DNA of 64,000 nucleotides, taken from assembly GCA_905178155.1 (NCBI GenBank), contig CAJINV010000007.1, positions 4,552,258 through 4,616,257 on the forward strand. The letters are read 5' to 3'. This document shows positions 59,401 to 64,000 of the stretch, piece by piece. The translations under genes were made by a program, and so were the position numbers. The notes beneath the pieces are model-generated. The model made no database searches and was not told the DNA's origin. It was given only the letters and a program-made list of their open reading frames with translations. The DNA comes from Amoebophrya sp. A120. Lineage: Eukaryota; Protista; Dinoflagellata. Each line of letters starts with the position of its first letter. Position 1 is the stretch's first letter.

Positions 59401-59808
59401 CGCAGCTTCGTCTTCGCTTATTGCCCCACCATTGTCACTAACAGACGACGTCAGTACAGCTGGGTCACGACTGTGGGGCCTTGGCAACGCAATCGTCGAA
59501 CGACGGCGGGGATTATTCCGTCGCCCGGTTCTAGTAGACGACTGGTCTTGGAGAGGTTGAGGACGAAGATTTTCGCGCTCCTGCGGAGAAGTGCTGGTAC
59601 TATATGAAGTGGACGACGGTAAAACTGACAGTCTAGCATGTGAAGAATCGTCCAAAGCAGAAGTTGTAGTGTTTGGCGCCTCTGGAGGGGAGGGTCGTAA
59701 AGCGAGCACGACGAACGAAGCTAAGTGTGTTGACGTCCAAAACCAAATGCTCCGGAAGTGGAAAAGGCAACAAGATGAACTTGTGGAAGACCTCATGCGC
59801 TTAGCCAT
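53494..59808 (-). CDS. Large low-complexity protein with RING-variant-like Cys/His motifs
   Basis: Single ~2100-codon ORF (first ATG 59808); CTIC near N-terminus; C-terminal CVARNPKCNLLLHTEC...CPGC. Confidence 0.8.
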   Translation of the reverse strand: MAKRMRSSTSSSCCLFHFRSIWFWTSTHLASFVVLALRPSPPEAPNTTTSALDDSSHARLSVLPSSTSYSTSTSPQERENLRPQPLQDQSSTRTGRRNNPRRRSTIALPRPHSRDPAVLTSSVSDNGGAISEDEAALRHHGVEPHLQPSTSTTETIRISPPSVSNLPLAFFPPRDDAATGREVVVPPLEESTVSVFSSSSQRTREPPKNSRTADSGPLSSQSGPLSPTCSKTQSQKYARPRNTTPHHDPRECTICLQAAEPGNPLHPPRYAGHPIPQGKEETVEDFLEHFHPLFVATRVGWGISSRLRRVAGRLGIRVGSDASRRPTGASSATSRAFIRDSRSSSSMEQQEQRSVSTTSTALSPSSPRTRTLSSFFSSYLRAVRGRRGRTTTGLLAPDYASDVESPPSPGERLYLARTAASFFPTDNPIRFGASASGRSWFFGGGDRGTIGSSPEDAAPTSAARGGMSGSGLARRETEDAAFTAAAPAGTTTAPDSRGPFASSTSYSGSAPGILGGPWVGSSFVAETTWGSQGQGSAQEGLSNFFDDFPWRGRPMFDQAHGRPGARERTQRTPLQQTATRSGSAAQEQLQQEQQEQEAVRPPAQDTTTSQEVDGREQQVFSRGGRQDNPNQSETLEDPDLELQGAAYFSLLEIAERFRNDFQIVRETIRQDFRCVRNLFGHVLSLPLTHAVEFVADDSANFSVGEQGAEDGGPGESESTAISRGPAAEPQSQSYSVAELRSPYVALGLTAGVLTSSGGHVHDSQERHDGGRFGLGIEVAGGFHEEEELSSSTGACAACDPHFGLGLSADTTTTIEDRDQGIQNSSAGTSFQPDKTTRTRAAEVFQRKHQVTHQFENQNKAERTEKQVLPAAPSDPAASTIVAVQHQEDFARVFSERLRTLESDCRLLAIHQEIHKRWLDQAWVQREAEAYQRGASRFRSETQMRATALVDAVLVTIRECPFPKVCHVAGAPRNKNKGNKSGCEDADESSDPLKQVTSALKYVLVLSDAMKAITDEMLTTIAIEDLMLLVDALSFLLEYGTGLEEMHAYLQLKKTCDRLTLLEEGEDVLRTQDQDDEQMKNYYTSSSSSGSAKRNGTSTQLSAVNRTSNVSDMASARQQRDVVCEDIDVGAAILAEKEDDDDNSSTMGAASIMPPNQKYAGSASSHSVPAAEAVIPFLDQEAAIRQMALPRNKSVAIGSSQQASILRAEQSDPEGSQKVDQNYADAAAGSSSAPNNPHRSKRIEGRRQRDQARKDMELQIDLRDANKASRRQIERLLSFANARLWGSISSGQHVSTPADFESSRKKMLPTALDERTGIFPVQSLSRRNAGTEAASSVASIPAAPSTFEAGHLDAQGSAADMSSNSRPLGEDSETGGRAPEESSEMQSRAPREEKKEKASLLRRQRYDAFTGTSFPGARKMLVLDARNYQESEKLKLHLSTGGSCGSADGQQVRSSSLFNHEFPVVEIDEPVPVDEHSSLFFPSLSSQDQCREGPEAVNEQRPLQDQDLRRPEVGHRVINLDAEKTWRHLPGAQEGNSAFLARSRPPAAAPAPLDSRHGVFPDADMRDVSSPAAPLRPASPSSSLFANAASCSFSSSHLRLSSLERGAGSRSETSEVSCTSEVDGAPRHERQSSLERRELQQRGGGRMNSTSTAGENEEYRGELAGASTYFADRRPPTSGERLEAAASMTSYTGTISTGASSRNRQEGNRNRLNAEFVDGGTEQDHTVLHESEELRRRLFNDIFASAFVLDAASRAQMLRGSSRTDVDQGGRSVTAADEAPQGRRQLYAGEELRPASGTRNNDSEDAPDARLLASDEPLLRGQPSGPRTQLRPRVRTGRSCTCMNAYRHMLRALLSRLVSCTGSNASSATDNTRTRGNTAAPPASSHVVRGRHLRRLSTSSSRTSTWAVLDMEQLSPSDEDNDELSDADNFAAESRAHDHEEQEESPVVQSTGENIMAPPPVPTVVPTDDDLAPDRPPHPAYCVARNPKCNLLLHTECFEQYIRTTNRKRYVSVPPYVPTCFCAILFLECMPLPPTLVQVQCPGCCQWGPYDARMGARFPPAEKKTNVRSRWDQEAREQLQGRISSARRMPREGLRYFNLLGGDNS

Positions 59809-60627
59809 AATGGACAACGTGGTTACTAATTTAATGTTCGGACTCGCGAGGCACCGGGTGGGACTGGGATTTCGATTCCGTGACAAAATCTATCTACAAG
59901 CATAAATTTGCTTCGCACCGGAATAGCAACCGTGGTGAGCCGCTCTGTGCTTGTTCACAACAAAAGACGGCCTTCGCAGAAAGAACCGACGAGAGAAATT
60001 AAACAAGCACCGGTACGCTTCCAAAACCTGAACACAAACTTCTGAATGAAAATCCTGATGCACCACCTGCTCGTCATCGTTTAGAAAAATCAACAGATCT
60101 TCCAGATCTCCACTCACAAAAGTGCTTTGCAAACTTGAAGAACCAAAAACAAGAGCCGAGGCAATACAACTCATCGGCATCGTTTCACATCAAAAGATTA
60201 AAGGGCCTGTTTTTCTTCCTTTTCGCGGGCCGTTTTACTTTTATATCTGGCGGTGAAGTAGAATATCACCACCGGAAATCCGTCAAAATGCAGGCTAGCT
60301 TAAGCTTGTATTCTCAAAGGTAATGACTCATTTCGGAATTCTGTTTGTACGATGAATACCAGAACGCACAATCGAATACTGCGCTGGTCTTCGAAACGCG
60401 TCAAAATTCAGTGCAAATGAGGTGAATTACTATGACAGTGCGAACGCATGTATTTTCTACGGTATTCTAGAGTGACATAGAAACATGAAGCAGTGATCTG
60501 TTCTGATGTTCTGTGGAGCGGATGCAAGTATACAATGATCTGTTGAATGTCTGGAAACAAAAACCACATCAAAATATATTAATGTACTGGGTTTATTCCA
60601 TCGGCAAACCCGTGAAATTAAGCCTTC

Positions 60628-63600
60628 TTACAGTCGCAAAGACTCTTGCCAGCTGCTCAAGCCACTCCCGGTCGAATCAGGCAGCGGTGCTGGTCGACTT
60701 CTTTGCCCCTTCGTAGGTCTTCGCTGTGCATCCCCAGCAGCACTTTCGTCACTACGTGGAAACTTCGCCCCCTGCCTCGGCTCATACGGGCCCCACTGGT
60801 AGCAGCCGGGGCACTGCACTTGGTTGATCGCCGGCGGTGGTATCATGCACTCTAGAAGCAAGATCGCGCAGAAGCACGGTGGGACATTCTTGTGGATGGA
60901 AACATAGCGTCTGCGGTTCGTTGTCTGTACGTACTTGTCAAAACACTCCTTGTGCAGCAGCAACTTGCATTTCGGGTTGCGCGCAACGCAAAACGCTGGG
61001 TGGAGAGGCTTGGTGATCGTAGTCCTCTTCGAGGTTTGCAAGAACAGATCCTCCTCGTGATCTCCCGCGTGGTCGCCGCCTCCGCGTAATAAACTGAAGA
61101 AGCTGCTCTTCCGTTGCTGTTTCAAGGGCGTTGGCGGTCCTCCTGCTGCTGTAGGTCCTGATCCTGATCCTCCCGGCGATTGTTCAACATCGCTTTCAGA
61201 ATCGTCCCCGTCCCTGCTTTGCTCTGCAAAGCGTGCATTCCTACTTCCTCCGGAAGTTGCAGAAGAGCCTCTCCTACCAAGAAGGCCGATTGCCTGGAAC
61301 AAGCTTCTCAGGATGTGCCGGTACGCAGCTATGCAGGTGCAGGTTGTTGTTGTCGACGCCACTGTTCCCCCCCTAGTGTTGCTGTTGCGACGAAACAAAT
61401 CTTCTGCTGGCCCACCTGCTGTTGAACCTCTTGAGGACCCACGACCTGTAGAAGTTTGTGGAGCAGTTGTTCGTCCCACTCTCGGCTGTTCGCGAAACGT
61501 GTCGTCTAGGATGTTTTCTGTGCTCGCCCGGGTCGACACTGAGGCGAAAGACCTGGTGCTTTCCTGTCGCGGCGCTAGAGCAGCTGCGGAGGTACGCAAG
61601 CCCCTGCTGGGGGAGAGCAGCGGTCGGTCCTCGAACCAAATGTCATCGTCCTCTTCTTCCGGCTCCACGACTGGGGAGACCTGAACCTCTGGTGCTGGTG
61701 GTGCATTATCTACCACATTAATATCATGATCTACTTCTCGCCGGTCGTGCTGTTCTCTCACCGCAGCTTCGTCGTTTTCTCCATCCAAAAAGTCGTAGTC
61801 CGAATTGCGGTCCCACGAAATCCTGCGAGAAAAGTTGTCGCGGTCGCCATCTCCCTCGTTCGTTGGAAATGCATGAGCGGCAGGACTGTTGTTGGTCCTC
61901 GGGAGATTCATCTGAAGACGTCGATCTCTCGTCAACATATTAGCGCCCCCAACGTCTTCCGAGACCGGCGAAGACGGTGAGCCTACTTCTAGGCCGGGAG
62001 ACGGTTCGCCAAAATCCGAGGGTCGTTCTGCCCGCCAGCACAGATATTGTCGTATTTCCGGAGAATAGGGCGACGACGGCGTATTTTGCGGTTGGTACGT
62101 CCCCGAGCCCGGGGTGGAAAAGCCGGAATCGACGCCTTGTCGTGCCGGTCGCCAATCCATGGAACTGACATTCATGACACCATCGTCTTCCTGCCACACA
62201 TTTGCTGGCGGCAATTCCCACGCTTCCGGCTCCGGGCGCCCGGGCTGCGCTGTACTACGGTTTGCTCGCAACGGGAAAAAATGCGAATTCGTTTCGGATT
62301 CGGTGTAATTACTCGTGCCCAACTGCGTCACGTCGATGACCGCTGGGGGCAAGCGAAAGGGAGCCTCTTCATCTACACCTTCGTTGAGATCTTGTAGTTC
62401 TTGTCTACTTTCCCGTGTGAAGATTCTGGCGTCCGCCTCGGAAGCCGCCATAGCGATGCCAGTGTCGTGGTAGAAGAGGTTTGATCTCATTCTCTCCCGC
62501 CTTTTTCGACCCCGAGAACGGGTTTCTTCCACTGAACTGGAGGAGAGAGAGCCACCTGTTCCGCCGCTCCCGCTGCTCGCATCTAACGGCTGTTCTTTTG
62601 TCTCCAATGCCGCTAGCTCGGCCTTGACCATTTGGCTGGAATTTGACAGCCTCTCGTTGGCGAAAAGCAGCACCCGTTTGATCTGCACCTTTGAAATCTC
62701 ATTGGCGGCATGCAGGTGGTTGTGAAGATGTAGGTCCCGTGTCATCGCCTTATTCTCTTCAGCGACTGCTTCGTTGGCGCTCTGTAGTGCGCCAGCTGCT
62801 TCTCGCCGCGAAAATGATGGAACTTGCGCAGCAGCAGGAGCAGGATGCTGGTGCGAAAAACTGCTAGAGCTGCTGCTGCTAGTAGTTGGCTTCTTCATCT
62901 CGTACTCGTTCTCGTGCGCGGCCCCGTCCTGCGCAAACAGCGGCAGAACTTCCGCTTTTTCACGAGCTAAAAGCCCCGTTTGGCAGCTCATCGTGGCACT
63001 GTGTCGTGGGTCTTCGGATGAACCGCTTGAGGCGCTAATGCCCGCGTTTTGAATATTGTGCTTGATGCTGCAAGGAGGCCCCTCCGCATGGGTTGAACCG
63101 GAAGCAGAACCACGCCCGGTAGAATTATGTGGAGGCTCCTCATCTTCCAAACAAACGACAACTTCCTTCTCTTCTTCTCCAACACCAGGGCACTCGTCAG
63201 ACGCGCCTGCGCCAAGAGAGCGGGTAGAAAAGCCCCGCTGGTCTTCAATTTTCTCCGTTTGATGGTTGTCCTCACCCGTAGAAGTTTTTGAAGGCTTCAC
63301 TCCGTTCCTCCTTAGGTGCAAATACGCATGCATTTCCTCGAGGCAGTCACCGTATTCGAGTAAAAAGGTCAAGGAATCCACCAGCAAAACCAAGTCGTCG
63401 ATGTCGATTGCCCGCAGCGTTTCGTCCGTGACCGTCGACATGACGTTACTTAACGCCACCGAATATGAAATGCAAAAATGTGTGGGACTGGAAACTTGTG
63501 ATGCAATTCAATCAATAACAAATGCACTGCAATGCGCCGCCAAGCATGACAAGTTGCTTCGTGCTTCTGTGCTGCGTATTCCGCATGAGAAAGTGCGTTT

Positions 63601-64000
63601 TTGCATGACAGGCGAGAGAGGCTGTTTTTGGCCATGCAATACAGATTTAAGGGCCATGCCAGATCAGCATGACAAATCTCGCAATCTTCTAGACCCAGAC
63701 GTATTTTCATTTGATACCACCCAGGTTAACGCAGAAACGACCTGGGAGAATAGATCCTTCTTCGGATATTGTTGACCGCCTGATGTTACAACTACGGGTT
63801 CCTCCCCTTCATCATCAGATTTAGCGAAGGGATTTGTCCTCCTGCTCCTGCTAGTTGTGCCGCTAGCTGCAGCTGCTGTCACTGGATTACGACCTGCAGC
63901 TGCCATAGCATCGTCATCGGTATCGAACGGATTCGTGCTAACAAAGCTTGTTGCACCAGCGACGTTCTTAGGCTGTGATCCTCTTGCTTCAAATCGCCTT
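60628..64000 (-). CDS. Tandem paralogue of the 53494-59808 gene (5' end beyond window)
   Basis: Shared blocks LLVDSLTFLLEYG..LEEMHAYL, CTCIAAYRHILR and HPAFCVARNPKCKLLLHKECF..QVQCPGCYQWGPY; frame open to window end across one introner. Confidence 0.8.
63464..63716. mobile_element. Introner, family A (TSD partly decayed)
   Basis: Flanks CCGAA/CCACC; element+5 bp removal gives SALTWVVALSNVM, colinear with paralogue SALKYVLVLSDAM. Confidence 0.88.

Noticed and set aside
865-63775. Short ORFs sharing peptides such as CKNVWVWK, FQTQTFLH and QKYRTRI
   Set aside because: They are translations of the non-coding TIRs, not a protein family or transposase
220-63775. Numerous plus-strand ORFs of 60-390 aa
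   Set aside because: Mostly antisense shadows of minus-strand exons, with no recognisable motifs

Overview
Eukaryotic (not prokaryotic) gene-dense DNA. All ~13 credible protein-coding genes lie on the minus strand. Gene style, unidirectional layout and intron type point to an Amoebophrya-like parasitic dinoflagellate (inference). The dominant feature is 36 MITE-like insertions (34 with clear terminal inverted repeats, 2 decayed; 109-546 bp), all inside coding exons. They have TA(T/C)S...S(A/G)TA ends and a 5-bp target-site duplication (TSD; perfect in 26 of 34). For all 34 clear copies I checked by hand that removing the element plus 5 bp rejoins the flanking reading frames. There are no fixed GT/AG boundaries and family members occur in both orientations, so they behave as non-canonical introner introns. 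Several TIR families that do not otherwise align share a repeated internal motif GCAT(G/C/T)ACA. Reconstructed genes: a large low-complexity protein, a degenerate PRMT, a tandem bacterial-PH-domain protein (13 introners), an ATP-grasp-like protein (14 introners), a CCDC66/CSPP1-like coiled-coil protein, a probable sulfotransferase + glycosyltransferase fusion and two tandem paralogues with an apparently split RING finger. A non-genic block at 13.9-16.4 kb holds a 706-bp tandem duplication and a perfect 51-bp palindrome. No RNA genes, CRISPR array or transposase gene were recognised. Splicing is inferred from frame restoration only, and domain calls are from motif recognition without database searches.
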